Source: the human T2T-CHM13v2.0 reference genome, Homo sapiens. Taken from it: DNA of 64,000 nucleotides. The translations under genes and the position numbers were made by a program. Below, piece by piece: positions 1 through 15,295 of this stretch (within the stretch, counting starts at the first letter, position 1; every line of letters begins with the position of its first letter). The DNA lies in the NCBI RefSeq assembly GCF_009914755.1, contig NC_060938.1; one strand, given 5' to 3'. The notes beneath the pieces are model-generated. The model ran no database searches, had not been told where the DNA came from, and worked only from the letters and a program-made list of their open reading frames with translations.

Positions 1-227
1 TTGTCACTTATCCTAGGTAAACATTACTAGAAGTTGAAATTTTCATTCTTAACCTTATTCCCTTAGAAATATTATTTAACTGGCAACTTAACAATCCATC
101 CGAAGAATGCTAATCAGGTATTCTAAGAATTAGATTCTGTGTTGCTAAGTATCTTAAAGGCAAGGGCCACATAAACTTATAGGATAATTAATATTCTTAG
201 ACTTCACATTTTTATTAAGAATATCTA

Positions 228-443
<216 letters not shown>

Positions 444-3277
444 CTAACATACTTTACAAATTCGATACTCTGAGTCATTCAGTCGGTACACAGGTATTGT
501 CATTTATTTTTTAACTTAAGGAAAAAAAAGATATCTTCATTCTACACATAAAATGAATGACCAAAACTAGGCCTAAACAATTACTTCATAAGGAGCAGTT
601 AAGTTAAATTAATCTGAAATCTATGCTATGTAAATGCAAATTCAAAGTTAATTATATTTTTTCCCAAAAAGCTACATTTGCATTTACAGATACAGGGCTC
701 AACTCAACTGTCTGTGTCAAATGACATAATCTGGTTATTAGACTTATGATGGGATTTAAACATTTTAGTGAGAGGAGAAAAATAAAATATTCTTTTGTTT
801 AAATTAAGTTTGGAATTCAAAGGATTTGTTCATTTGGTTCTCCAAGTTTTAACTTTCAACATGAGAGAGTCTTGAAAGTAGTATCTTTGCTTCAAAGGCT
901 TTTGCTTTCAAATTTAACTTTTACTTTGAAACTAACTGAAAGGGAACTAAGTGTATCAGAACCATACCTAATCCCCTAGAAGTCAGCATTGCATCGAGTT
1001 TATTAAAATTAAACACTCCTCTTTTTTCCTCTCCTTCCCAAATAGACATCTGGCAATAAAAAGCAAATCAGCTGGGCTAGGATAAAACAAGAAATGTTTT
1101 TCCTTCGCTAGTTCATTTGGAAAAGTCACTTTGCTAATTGAGAAAAATTTTAATGAATTTTACTTGTATTAAAATAAAGGTGATTGCTTCATGGCAACAA
1201 TGTACTCATTTGAGAAAGTCATTACATTTATGTATTGTGTTGTCATGTAAATACTTTTGCCAAAATGTATTAACAAGAAATATAATATTATGGTTCATGG
1301 TTCATGTAATATCTGAAGAGAATAATTGTATAACTAATCAGTGAAAACAAAGCAAATGTTCCTCTTGGGTTTGTACAATAAAAATGGAATTAAAATTATT
1401 CAGGCTCAAAAATGCAAATATAACACATCTCCACCAGCAGAAAAATAAAATTTTAAAGGCAAAACTTGTATGTTCAATTCCTCTAAAAGTCTTAGTTTGA
1501 TTCCCAAGCCTCATCAAAGTTCACTTCATGAATTTTTACAAAGTAATCAAATATTTCATTGTTTTAAAAACAATAAAATTATTATTCATTTTCCTGAACA
1601 AGCTCACTGATATTCAGAACACATTCTGGGGAAATTTAATGCTAATCAGTGCAGTGGCAGCAACCAAAATGGCACTTTAATGTATTAAACAGTAGCATAA
1701 GATTAAATTCACAGTAAACTTAACAGGAAATAGCCAATATCAATTTAAACACATGAAATCTTGGGAAACGGTAAAGATTAGAAATGACCTGAAGTAATAA
1801 CCAAATTCTCTTGCAAAGTATAGGCCTTATATTAGACAACAGCACCCCCTACCGGAAGCTTGAGTCCGGGGAAGGGAATCTGTGAGGCTGGCAGGTGGAG
1901 CCACCATGGAATTCAAGTGCATCATCAGTCCTAGAATCATTTCTTTTCTATTGCATAACCACAAACTTCAGGTTCATCACCTAGAACTTTCATTATTCCC
2001 TCAACTGTAAGTGGGCCAGAAATTGATTCAGAATGTTTTATTAGTAAATATTTGGTATGTCTTTTTATTTAAGAAGGCTAAAATTCTGTGATAAATACCT
2101 GACATTAAAAAAAAAGAGATATCTGGTCATACAGTGATCTTGATTAGACTTCCTTGGAATTTCCCCACAGTGCTCAAAATTGTTTCTTTTCTTAGTAGAT
2201 TATATATTTCTGAGGGTGCTTTGTTCTGATACCCCAACAAGCATGCATGGTGGCTATACTTACACATTTATATACAAATATTAATACATGCAAATACACA
2301 CATACACACACATACCATATACACACAAGGTGCAACTATGATTCAAAGTGGAACATAGCAGTTTAGAAGCCTCAGTAAAATGGAAAGTCTTTGCCATCAG
2401 TTTACCTTCCAGTGTTCAGGTTTCTGGCTTTTTTCTATGATATTGTTTGGGTGAGTACACATCCTTAACAATCACTTACAAGAAGAAATATGAAAACTTC
2501 TGAGGGATGATAAAAGGCAGTCATCTGACAAACAGACTAGCCATATCTACAAAACACCCTCTTTAAAATATTAATATAAGCATAGGTGATCTTTAGACTG
2601 AAAAAAATACTAATATGAAATGCCCAACAGTGTTTTGAATGCAGCAATTAAATAAAGCAAATATCTAAACTGGGTTATGCCCTATAACTAAAGGAAACCT
2701 CAGTCACGCTGACTTGCTAAACGTGTACATGCCACAAGAGTAAGCACAGTGATCAGAGAAATAAACTGAAGAAAAAAATCAGGGGGGATCATTTTTTAAC
2801 AGATGTTGCAGATCAGTAGAGAGAATGGAAGAGGAAAATAGAAGCAAGCCTGAAAACCAAATTGGGCTTGAAGAGCAATCCATATTACTATGAAAAAAGA
2901 TGGGAACAGCTCTGAGCTTTGCATTTTACTTTATGAACACCCACCCCCCACCTCCAGCACCAAATGCTTTAGTTTTGTGACTTTCATGTGAATGATTTTT
3001 ATAAAAACACACCAAGGAGGCATAGTACCCAATGAAGGCAATCCGATCTCAGACCATGTTCATTCTCCTAGCCAAGTGAAAGGAGAAGCTTTCTTTTCCT
3101 TCCTCGAAAGTTTTAGAGTGCACAGAGGAGGCCAGAAGCAGCCAAATTGGAAGGCACTCTGTTTTTAACCCTCTTGCTTGAAATACAGAGTAAAATCATT
3201 TCAGAGAAAGGTTAAACATCTACTCAAAGTTGTCTACAGGTGGGAATGTTTGTTTCCTGAGGTTAGAAGCACATCAT

Positions 3278-3568
3278 GGTCCAGGCGCAGTGGTCCATGC
3301 CTGTAATCCCAACACTTTGGGAGGCTGAGGCAAGCGGATCACTTGAGCTCAGAGTTCAAGACCAGCCTGGGCAACACGGCAAAACCCCATCTCTAGCAAA
3401 AATACAAAAAATTAGCCGGGAATGGTGGCATGCACCGGTGGTCCCAGCTACTCAGGAAGCTGAGGTGGGAGGACCGCTTGAACCCAGGAGGCAGAGGTTA
3501 CAGTGAGCTGAGATCATGCCACTGTACTCTAGCCTGAGTGACAGAGTGAGACCCCATAAAAAGAAAAA
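3278..3568 (+). mobile_element. Alu (AluJ-like), full length
   Basis: Dimeric Alu sequence with A-rich tail. Confidence 0.93.
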
Positions 3569-3639
3569 GCAGCTTATGCATTCCTCAAAGAAACACAATC
3601 AAAAGTATTTGCAATTACAGGTATTTGAGGGGCAGCCAC

Positions 3640-3790
3640 GTAGTAGTTGGAAAAAGCAGGGAGTCAGGACACAGGGGCCCAGGATCCTGTCCCAGTTTGG
3701 CCCCACTATGTGCCCCTGCATGTCATTCCACTGCTCTGTGCCTTTGTTTCTTCATCTATAAAGATGAAGACACTTGACTACATTTCCGTC
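3640..3790 (+). mobile_element. MIR fragment
   Basis: CTCTGTGCCTTTGTTTCTTCATCTATAAAGATG resembles the MIR core. Confidence 0.6.
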
Positions 3791-3947
3791 TCAGTCTTTG
3801 ATGACAAAGAAGTTTTAATGAGGATTTAGTGTTCAGACAAGACATGATCTAACAGTGTATAACAGTGCTTCATAAAATGATCATGGTGCAAAAAGGGAGA
3901 GGCTTCACAGGATCAAAGAACTATAGTTATGATGGATCTTCCCTGGA

Positions 3948-4830
3948 TTCACTCATTCATTTATCCTTCCGTGGGTGTTTATTAAGGGTCTAGTATGTGT
4001 CAGACTTCAAACCAGGCAATATAATACAAATTTGAATAAGACTCACTGTCTTCTCTCAACGAACTCACAACTTAATGGGGAAGAAAGACAAATCTATCTG
4101 TATTCACAATACAGGGCAGGTAGTTCTCTACTAGCATATGCTAGAGTACTGGGGAGCATGTCTGGAGGATCTCAAGCAGGGAGGAAAGGGTGAAAGCTGT
4201 CACTAAGGAATGCTTGGAAGAGGCAACCACAAGCCTGACCTTAAAGCACGAACAGGTGTTAGCCAGGAAGAAAAAAGAAAGGAGGGGCATTTTAGGCAAA
4301 GGGAGCAGTCTTTGAACTAAAGACTGGACCAGGGAGAAATGTAGAAGATTCTGGCAACTTCAAGTAGTTCAGTGTGGCTTGACAGCAGGGTGTGTCCAGA
4401 GAAGCTCCTGCAGAGGGAGTGGGAGTGGAGGCTGAAGTACTGAAGGAAAAAGCTCATTCTACCCAGCATGGGGGTGGGGACAGCACAGAATAGACTGGAG
4501 GTTTTGAAGACTGTTGGCGAGAAGAGCAGAGTGGTAGAGCTTGTGATAATTATCTGTACCAAGGCCACAGCAGTGGAAATAGAGAGTTGGAAAAGAAATT
4601 GCAAAATGTTTATAAAATAGAATTAACATGTTCAGTGATTGATTGTGTTTGAGTGAGGGAGAGGGAGATGTTGAGGATGACTTACTTTCAGATTTCTGGC
4701 TTGGATGGCTGGTGCTGGGACCAGCAATGCAGGATGGAGATCGGACTGGGTGGAGAAAGATGCAGAATTCTGCCTGGGCCGGGGATTAATGAGACATTCA
4801 GATGAAGGTCTCTTTAGGGCTTCTGGAGGA
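3948..4830 (-). mobile_element. L2 3' region
   Basis: ATTCACTCATTCAT tail motif followed by purine-rich L2-like sequence (CAGATTTCTGGCTTGGATGGCTGG). Confidence 0.6.
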
Positions 4831-5354
4831 TAAAAGAGTTTAGAGAAAAGCAACAAATATTCCCAACACCCTTCATACCATCCATTAGCTTCTGAATAAG
4901 AACTCATTCTCATGACCACATCATGAAAATGTATCATTCTGGACCTCCTCCACTGTTCTTGCAGATCTAAACACAGCCTTCTGTCATCTTGCGCTGTCTC
5001 CTAAACTCCCAATCTCATACTCACACTTTACCTAATCTTCAACTTCATCCAGACTCCAGTTTGCAGGTTGCTGCTCATTTTCTCAGCCCACCAGGCTCCT
5101 TCCAGCTCTACTTTCTTCCCTATCTGGAGAAGGGAATCATATTTGGTCTTATTGTGATACCATCTAGAATCACATAGAAGAATCACATAGAAACGCATAG
5201 GAGACACTCATCCTGATCACACTGAATGATCTCTTAGACTCAGACCTCAATATTCACACAGTCCCTAACACATCCTCCCCCAAAAAACCAGAGTTTAGAT
5301 GATGCTCCACTCACTTCCACACAACTACCTCTGCATTGTCCCAAACCAGGTATG

Positions 5355-5768
<414 letters not shown>

Positions 5769-5896
5769 TAGACAAGTCTCACAGTTGCTAGACTTGATGA
5801 GTTACTCCTTTTATTTTTTCAGTAAGTACTCAGTGAATATTTGTTAAGCAAATGGTATTTTCAGAGTATGTCTGTAGCCTTTAAAATTTGATTCTA

Positions 5897-6015
5897 GGCT
5901 GGGGATGGTGGCTTATGCCTGTAATCCCAGAGCACTTTGGGAAGCTGAGGCAGGAGGATCGCTTGAGCTCAGGAGTTCAAGACCAACCTGGGCAAGATGG
6001 TGAGAGCCCATCTCT
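5897..6015 (+). mobile_element. Alu left monomer (FLAM-like)
   Basis: GGCTGGG...CCTGTAATCCCAG...GACCAACCTGGGCAAGATGG with no right arm. Confidence 0.8.
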
Positions 6016-7601
6016 ATTTTTTTTTAATTATTCTCTAAATATTTTAATAATAAAATACTTAAACCTTTTAGCTGTCTGCTGAAATGCCAACCCAACAGGG
6101 ATCATTGATAAATATGATGATAAAGAGAAATAAATGTACCCAGTTACCCCTGGAGAAAGTATCAGTATCCCCATATAATGAACGTGAACAGCCATCTGAG
6201 GAAGTAAACCAAGATGTCATTTACAAATATGTAACATAAACCCTTACAATTGGAACCCACACAATTCCAATCAAGATGACCTGGAAAGGGTGTTTAGAAA
6301 GGAAAATCTTCTGTAGCTAATTATATGGTACCAAGACTGGAGATGGACTGTATGAACTGTCCTGGAAAGAGAGTAACCTATCTGAATGACAAGGCTGCCT
6401 ACACATTTAAATCATCTCTGATTCTGTCTGTTTGTAAACTTCTGATTTTCTTGCTAGCTGTTTGACTACAGAAGAGGATATATTGGTTGTACAGATGGAA
6501 ATGCACCATCTTCCTGGCAGTTATATATCATATTGCCAATTAATAAATTTGTATTAATTCAGCCTTCTCTACTGGGTTTAGTTATGTGAGTTGCCATCTC
6601 CAAATCCTATGTAGATGGATACACATTCTGCAAACTCTTAAGGTTTGAAAGCCATAGAAAAGTAAATTCCACCTTGTGAAACCCTCTGGGACAAGGCTTG
6701 CTAAACCCTCCAGCCATATACCTGAATGTGACACCTACAGGGCAACTTCTGTAATATTTGAATGGCAACCCCAATGGATAGTCAACAAAATAGTTATTGA
6801 CTTTGCTGCACATATGTGTGGTTGTCAGTAATCATAATAATTCCTATTTGTCCAATGGCTACCATGTGTCAAGAATAGCTCTAGGTCTAATCAAAAGTAT
6901 GTAACATTTTTTCCTTTAAATCTATTTTGAGCAATTGATGCTCTCTTAAAAAAAAGAAAAACAATCTTATTTATAACAGTGAAAAACTGGAATCAGCCTA
7001 AACGTACAACATACAATAATAAAGAGGGATCTCAATTGGTGAAAACACATACATGAAAAGACTAAAGAGCTACACATCGAAAAGTTAACAGACAGAATCT
7101 GGTGTCTTTTTCATCATTGGCTTTGTTCTTTTATATATTTACATTTTTTTCTGCACTGAATATGTACTTTATAATTCAAAAGTTTTCATTCACTGCTAAT
7201 TCACAAAAAGAAACTTCAAAATTATTATTTGTCTTCAGAGTCTTCTTTGGGTCTTATTTCAACGGAATGTGAGAGTTCTTTAAAAATTACATTGAATTAT
7301 TAGATGAAGTACAATTAAATTGTCCCTTTGGTTTACTAAAGAGTTAATCTGCCATTATGCTTGCACATATTTGGCCTCTCATTCAAAGCAAACCCATAGA
7401 GCAATATCAGCCCAATTTTGCTTCATTACCATAGCAACATAATGATGACAAAAGCACACGGCTCCTTCCCTCCCTCTCACACATATGCCCTGTTACTGTT
7501 TCTCTTTCACCTATTTTCGTTCATCGCCATTTTCCTCCATCTATATATTTTTTATCCTTTTTCCTATACTGGCTTCCTTCTTCCCAAAAAGTTTATGTGT
7601 G

Positions 7602-7640
<39 letters not shown>

Positions 7641-8039
7641 TGTATGTTACTAATCATAACACCCTCAATTTAAAATGCCAGTTGGTTTTTTCTGTTTTGT
7701 ACTCTTCAAGACTCTTCCTAGTCAACCTTAGGTAAGGAACAGTTATATTTTTTCCTGGGAAACTTCTCTAATCAATACTTTTGAATACAAATAATTTCAA
7801 TATTCAGAACTTAACTCAAATGAGCTTTTAGATGGGAGGAAAGAGTGCATACTGGGGGAGCCACTAGCAGTAACTGCATTTTATTGGGCTTCTTCCACTT
7901 CTCTTTTCTCGTCTTCACACACATAAACACAATAAATCCACTATTGATTCTGGTAGTGTGGAGAGATGGGACAGTAACAGGAGCATCACAGGTAAACACT
8001 TCAATTGCACTTCATGAAATCAGGGACTCCATATAGAGG

Positions 8040-9335
8040 GTATGCAGTGACCGTGCCTACCAAATCCACTCTACACCCCTCCTTCTTCTTTCCTGTTTTT
8101 TCTATGTCCTTTATTTCTTCCTAAGAATTCTGACTTCACCCAGGTACCTGCTCTTTTACTGGAAGTCATATCCTTCAGGAGAGGCTAGTCCCAACTCCAA
8201 GCTTAGATTGGGAGTCTTGATTGATGTAAGCTAATCATGATGGTACCTACCATTCCCTTGTCATGGTTGGCTTAGGCGCGGGCATGCAATACTTTTCTGG
8301 CCAATAAGGCAAAAAGGGGAAGCCTGCCAGTAGCTTCTTGAGACATGCAAGAATGTGGCAGTGACAGCTTGTGGTTCCCACTATACATGTTCCACCTATT
8401 CCACAGTAGCAGAGAAAGTTTAGCGGGGTATATGGACATCCAGAATAAAGAATGCATTACTCAGCCTCTTCTGTTGCCCATGTGGCCTGATAAGTTCTGG
8501 CTAATGAGATAAAAGCAGAACTGTAGTGTGGCAGCTTCTGAGAATCTTCCCTATTGACAGCTGACAGGTGCTTCTTACCTACTTTTTTTTTTTTCCTCTG
8601 ACAGGGTCTCATGTTGTTGTCCAGGCTGGAGTGCAGTGGCATGATCAAGGCTCACTGCAGCCATGAAGTCTTGGGCTCAAGCAATCCTCCTCCTCAGCCT
8701 CCTGTGTAGCTGGGACTGCAGGCATGCACCTGGCTAATTTTTATTGTATTTCTTATAGAGATATTGTCTTGCTTTTTCCCAAACTGGTCTTGAACTCCTG
8801 GCCTCAAGTGATCCTCCTGCTTTGGTCTCCCAAAGCACTGGCATTACAGGTGTGAGCCACCACACTCAGACGTTTTTTACTTCTTTTATTCTGCTATGTG
8901 GATGTGGTAGTTGGAGGTAGAACAACCACCTTTGATCATGGATGATCTTAGGAATGGAGACTATGTATGGCAGAAGCAAAAAAAAAAAAAAAAAAGCCAC
9001 ACTTAAGTGGCTGTTATTTTAGGTTTCTTGTCATTTATAGTCAAATCTTATACTAACTAATACAAAGAAAGAGATGGCCCATTTTCAGTCTCTAAATGTT
9101 GTTGTATCTAGAAGTTATGTCTGGAATGCTGCATCCATTTTGTAAGCATGAGGAGAACCAGCTCAAGGCCAACATCAAACATAAGGATGGCAGGGGATGA
9201 CATACAGGTAGCATCAAACAGCCCTGCAACCACCTTCCAGAGGATTTTTTATTACACGAGAAAAAATACTTCAATATCGTTAAAACCATTGAGTTGATGA
9301 TTTCTGTTTCTTGCAGCTGAAAGCACTCTAGTTGT
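8040..9335. mobile_element. MaLR (MLT1-type) LTR relic interrupted by an Alu
   Basis: MLT1-like motifs (TTCTGGCCAAT..., GTTTCTTGCAGCTGAAAGCACTCTA); boundaries approximate. Confidence 0.5.
8583..8868 (-). mobile_element. Alu (AluJ-like)
   Basis: Reverse-complement Alu with T-tail. Confidence 0.9.
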
Positions 9336-9360
9336 TACAGATGTTAATAATTTCTTTCCT

Positions 9361-9984
<624 letters not shown>

Positions 9985-10324
9985 TAAAAACTATAAGCTC
10001 CTTCAGAGAAGCTCAGCTAACCAAAGATTTGGAAGAAGCAGGATTAAACACGAAGGTTTGAGGAAGGTGTGTTATAAAATGTTTAGAAAATAGAAAATGG
10101 GAGAAAAAATGACAGCAGTCCAAAATAATCATGATGATAATTTTGACTTTCTAGTCTTTAGAAAAAGTATTACATATAACTACACATATTTTTACATGTA
10201 AGTAATCACACTACATGTTTAACTTCGTCTCTCCCACTGAATATAGATAAAGACCACAGAATTCAAGAAGCAACTGCCTGGGAACTCTGAGAAGTATAAC
10301 AAAGCAGTTTGAGGAAGAAATTCA

Positions 10325-10656
<332 letters not shown>

Positions 10657-11299
10657 CTGAAGAAAAACTGCAATGGTGTTAGTAATGGTGATCTTTGTTT
10701 CTTTGGGGGTGGGCAATTTTTGATTTGGGGCTTTTTTTTTTTTTTTTTGCTTTTACTGGAGGGTGGGTCACATCACAAAACTGCTCGGCAGATGCAGACG
10801 ACAAAAACCGTCGGGCCAGAAGACTGGCAATAAAAACCACTGCAAACTGAAGAGTGCGGGGGAAGTCCCTGTTTTTCACCTTCCCCTTTTTCCTCTCCCT
10901 GACCTGACCTGAGGCCAATCATGCATCTCCGTGTCATGGCATGCATGTGGTGAAGGTTGTAGAGGAGTCTCCATTATTTTTCTCTCCACTTCTCTCTCAC
11001 TCCCCCTCTGAGAGTGGGCCCAGTTGTATGGAACTGGGAGTTTCATTAGCACAGAGGTTAAAACTCTTAACGAACCCCATCTCTCCTGCCAGAGGAACCA
11101 GGAAAAGAGATCACTGGAAGTTAGACAGTGTGGAGGAAATCTCAGAGAGGAGAGATTTTGAGAATGAACCTAATTCTGTGAATGAACTGACACAAGTCCT
11201 AGCCTTACCTCCAAGCTGTCCATGGGGGAATACACACACACTCACACATACACACACACACACACACATATACAAGCATAGTAAAGGCTTTGAGAACTG

Positions 11300-11535
11300 A
11301 ACTAGTATTGGAACTACTGCTCAAAGAGAGAATTTGTAATCTCAACCTATGAGGGTTTTTGCCTGCTGAAACAAACAAAATGAACATTCTCCAGAGAATT
11401 TTAGCAGGACTCAGAGACTCACAACATAATATTTAAAATGTTCAGGATACAATCCAAAATTACTTGATATGTAAATAACCTTGAAAATTGGATCAATTCT
11501 CAAGAGAATAAACAATCAACTAATGTCAAACCCAA
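11300..11535 (+). mobile_element. Old L1M ORF1-region fragment, left part (resumes at 19989)
   Basis: AAAATGTTCAGGATACAATCCAAAATTACT... typical of degenerate mammalian L1 ORF1; continues after the provirus. Confidence 0.55.
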
Positions 11536-11974
11536 TGAATTAGTCAGGATTCTTTAGAGGGACAGAACCAATGGAATAGATTTATACATAAAGGGGAGTT
11601 TATTAAGTATTAACTCACACCCTCACAAGGTCCCACAATAGGCCATCTGCAGGCTGAGGAGCAAGGAGAGCCAGTCCTAGTTCCAAAACTGAAGAACTTG
11701 GAGTCCGATGTTCAAGAGCAGGAAGCATCCAGCACGGGAGAAAGATGTAGGCTGGGAGGCTAGGCCAGTCTTTTCACACTTTTCTGCCTGCTTATAGTGT
11801 AGCCTCACTGGCAGCTGATTAGATTCTGCCCATGAAGATTAAGGGTGGGTCTGCCTTTCCCAGCCCACTGACTCAGATATTAATCTCCTTTGGCAACACC
11901 CTCATAGACACACCCAGGATCAATACTTTGTATCCTTCAATCCAATCAAGTTGACACTCATTATAACCATCACA
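11536..11974 (-). repeat. HERV-L 3' LTR (MLT2A1-like)
   Basis: About 440 bp, similar to 19569-19988; adjacent AGTCCACCCC is the reverse complement of the polypurine tract. Confidence 0.9.
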
Positions 11975-12345
11975 AGTCCACCCCTTGTTAACTTGAACCC
12001 ATACACATCTCCTGAGATCATACATAATCTTCGAATAAAGACAATAATAAGGTCATAATTACACTTAACAATACAACTATCCTTCATACAACCAGAAATG
12101 CACCCATCCCCAATCCAAATACTATTACATAAAGTTAACAATACTTAAATGCTGATGTGAAGTCAATAAATCTTATGTCACATGGTAAAGGAGAAAGGAA
12201 ATAAAGTGAAGATATTTTCTTAGTACAAGTGTATACATGCACAAACATGTTTTTAACAAAAGAAGGAGGAAATATTCATGACAATTACAGTCCTGTTTCT
12301 GCAGCCAGACACATGGTCATAGCTGGTATTGATGACTACCTTCTA

Positions 12346-12790
12346 CTACCCATTCTGTATTCCCTTTGCCTTCAGCAAGCACCTCAGCAGGTCATGGTTT
12401 TTTCCTGGTGGAGTGACCCAAACCTTCATTCCTGAAGGGTCTGGATCATTTGTAGTCCTGCCTGGATTGGGCTGTTGTAGTTTCCCATTGACCTTAATCA
12501 TAGGGCATGGTAATACTAAGAGACGCCCTAATGGATCTCCTGTATTCCATGCACATTTTTCCTTACCTCCATTGTGGAGTGGTAGACTGATTTCACCTTG
12601 ATAATCCAGGTCAATCACCCCAGCCAACACTGTAATTCCCTTCTTAGCCTGTTGGCTTAAAGGTAGGAGAAGCCCAAAGTGTCCAGGTGGCAATCTTAAC
12701 TTCCAGTTTAATGGAATCGTTGTTGTGTCTCCTGGTGGCAGCATTTCTCCCTCTGGAACTAAGACCTCTAGGCCACAGAACGTAATGTCG
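12346..12790 (-). pseudogene. HERV-L dUTPase region
   Basis: ORF 12346-12744: IPLNWKLRLPPGHFGLL...VLAGVIDLDYQGEI; located downstream of integrase as expected for ERV-L. Confidence 0.85.
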
Positions 12791-15295
12791 CAGGAAAAGG
12801 AAGCAAAAATTTTGCTAGTAGATCACTAGGGGTGATGGTGAGTGGTGCCACTTCCACTTCCACCCCTTGATTACTGGACCTGTGAATCCTGGCTATGGGA
12901 GAAACAATATCACATATTGGATGCTGATTCAGAGCATATGGGGCCTTCTGGAGAATTTTGCCCCAACCCTGCAAAGTACATTGTACTTTGTGACTTGTAA
13001 TTGTAATTGTGACTTCAAAAGGCCATTCCACTGTTCTATCAATCCAGCTGCTTCAGGATGATAGGGAACAGGGTAAGACCAGTGAATTCCATAAGCATGA
13101 ACCCACTGCTGCATTTCTTTAGCTGTAAAGTGAGTGCCTCAGTCAGAGGCAATGCTGTATGCAATACCATGACGGTGGATAAGGCATTCTGTGTGTCCAT
13201 GGATGGTAGTCTTGGCAGAAGAATTGCATGCAGGATAGGCAAACCCATATCAGCAGTAAGCATCTATTCCAGTGAGGACAAACCTCTGCCCTTTCCATGA
13301 TGGAAGATGTCCAATATAATCAACCTGCCACCAGGTAGCTGGCTGATCACCCTGAGGAATGGTGCCATATTGAGGGCTCAGTGTTAGTCTCTGCTGCTGG
13401 CAAATTGGGCACTCAGCAGTGGCCATAACCAGGTCAGCCTTGGTGAGTGGGAGTCCATGTTGCTGAGCCCATGTGTAACCTCTCTCCCCGCCACCATGGT
13501 CACTTTGTTCATGGGCACATTAGGTGATGACAGGGGTGGCTAGGGAAAGGGGCTGAGAGGTGTCCACAGAACAGGTCACCCTATCCATTTGATTATTAAG
13601 ATCCTTCTCTGCTGAGGTCACCCATTGGTGAGCACTCACATGGGATACAAATGTCTTCACAGTTTTTGACAACTCATTGTGGTCCATCCACATAACTCTT
13701 CCCCAAATTTCTTTGTCACCAATTTTCCAATCATGCTTCTTCCAAGTGTCTGACCATCCAGCCAAATCATTGGCTACAGTCCATGAATCAGTATATAATC
13801 ACACATCTGGCCATTTCTCCTTCCATGCAAAGTGCACAACCAGGTGCACTCTCGAATTTCTGCCCACTGGGAATATTTTCCTACACCGCTTTCCTTCAGG
13901 GATGTCCTAGAAAGGGGTTGTAGTGTTGCGCTGTCCACTTTTGGGTGATGCTTGCATATCATGCAGAGCCATCTGTGAATCAGGCCCTGGTCTTCTCTTC
14001 CTCTGCCAACTGATCATAGGGAACTCCCCATGAGGCCATCGGTGTAGGCTGGGGAAGAGAAGGCAGGGTGGCAGGAGTGGAGACCATGGGGATTTGAGCC
14101 ACTTCCTCATGTAACTTACTTGTGCCTTCAGGACCTGCTCGAGCCCAATCACATATATACCACTTCCATTGGATGATGGAATGCTGCTGTGCATGAACCA
14201 CTTTATGGCTAGATGGGTCAGAAAGCACCCAATTCATGACAGACAGTTCAGGTCACATGGTGACTTGATGACTTATAGTCAAATGTTCAGTTTCCACCAA
14301 AGCTCAATAACAGGCCAAAAGCTGTCCTCAAAAGGAGAGTGGTTATCTGCAGAAGATGGCACAACTTTGCTCCAAAATCCTAGAGGCCTGTGATTTACCT
14401 ATGGGGGCTTGCCACAGGCTCTAAACAGCATCCCTATCTGCCACTGACATCTCAAACACCATTGGATCTGCTGAGTCATATAGCTTAAGTGGCAGAGCAG
14501 CTTGCACAGCAGCCTGGACCTGTTGCAGAGCCTTCTCCTGTTCTGGATCCCACTCAAACTGGCAGCCTTTCAGGTCACTCAATAAATGGGCCAGAGTAAC
14601 ATACCCAAATGAGAAATGTTTTGCCTCCAAAATCCAAATAGGCCCACAAGGTGTTGTGTCTCTTTCTTGGTGGTAGGAGGGGCCAAATGCAACAACTTAT
14701 CCTTTACCTTAGAAGGAATATCTCGACAGGCCCCACACCACTGGACCCCTAGAAATTTTACTGAACTAGTAAGTACCTGAATTTTAGTTGGATTTATTTC
14801 CCACCCTCTGGCATGCAAATGTCTCACCAATAAGTTCAGCGTGCTTGCTACTTCTTGATCACTAGATCCAGTCAGCAAAATGTCATCAATGTAGTGGACC
14901 CGTGTGATATCTCACATAAGTGAAAAGAGATCAAGTTCTCCCCAAATAAGATTATGACGTGAAGCCAGAGAGTTCATATACTCCTGAGGTAGGACAGTAA
15001 AGGTATATTTCTGGCCTTCCCAGCTGAAGGAAAATTGCTTCTGGTGGGCCTTATAGACAGGAATGGAGAAAAACACACTTGCTAAGTCAATGGCTGCATA
15101 CCCGGTACCAGGAGATGTGTTAATTTGCTCAAGCAATGGAACCACATCTGGTACAGCAGCTGCAATTGGAGTCACCACTTGGTTAAGCCTAAGATAACCC
15201 ACTGTCGTTCTCCAAGATCCATCTGTCTTCTGTACAGGCCAAATGGGAGAGCTGAACAGGGATGTGGTGAAAATCACCACCCCTGCATCTTTCAA
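12770..15295 (-). pseudogene. HERV-L pol (RT, RNase H, integrase), fragmented
   Basis: SPIWPVQKTDGSWR, AIDLASVFFSIP, VHYIDDI (~14880-14898), FTDGSA (~13960-13980), HPEAAGLIEQWNGLLK; many stops and frameshifts. Confidence 0.9.

Noticed and set aside
5165-5192. Short tandem duplications (also ~31697, ~38727, ~56944)
   Set aside because: Ordinary 13-17 bp slippage duplications.
6070-6625. Possible ancient LTR (AATAAA followed by a CA end)
   Set aside because: Cannot assign a family, boundaries or TSD by eye.
7418-7735. 105-aa hydrophobic ORF with poly-Lys
   Set aside because: Product of pyrimidine-rich DNA and the A-run; no family resemblance.
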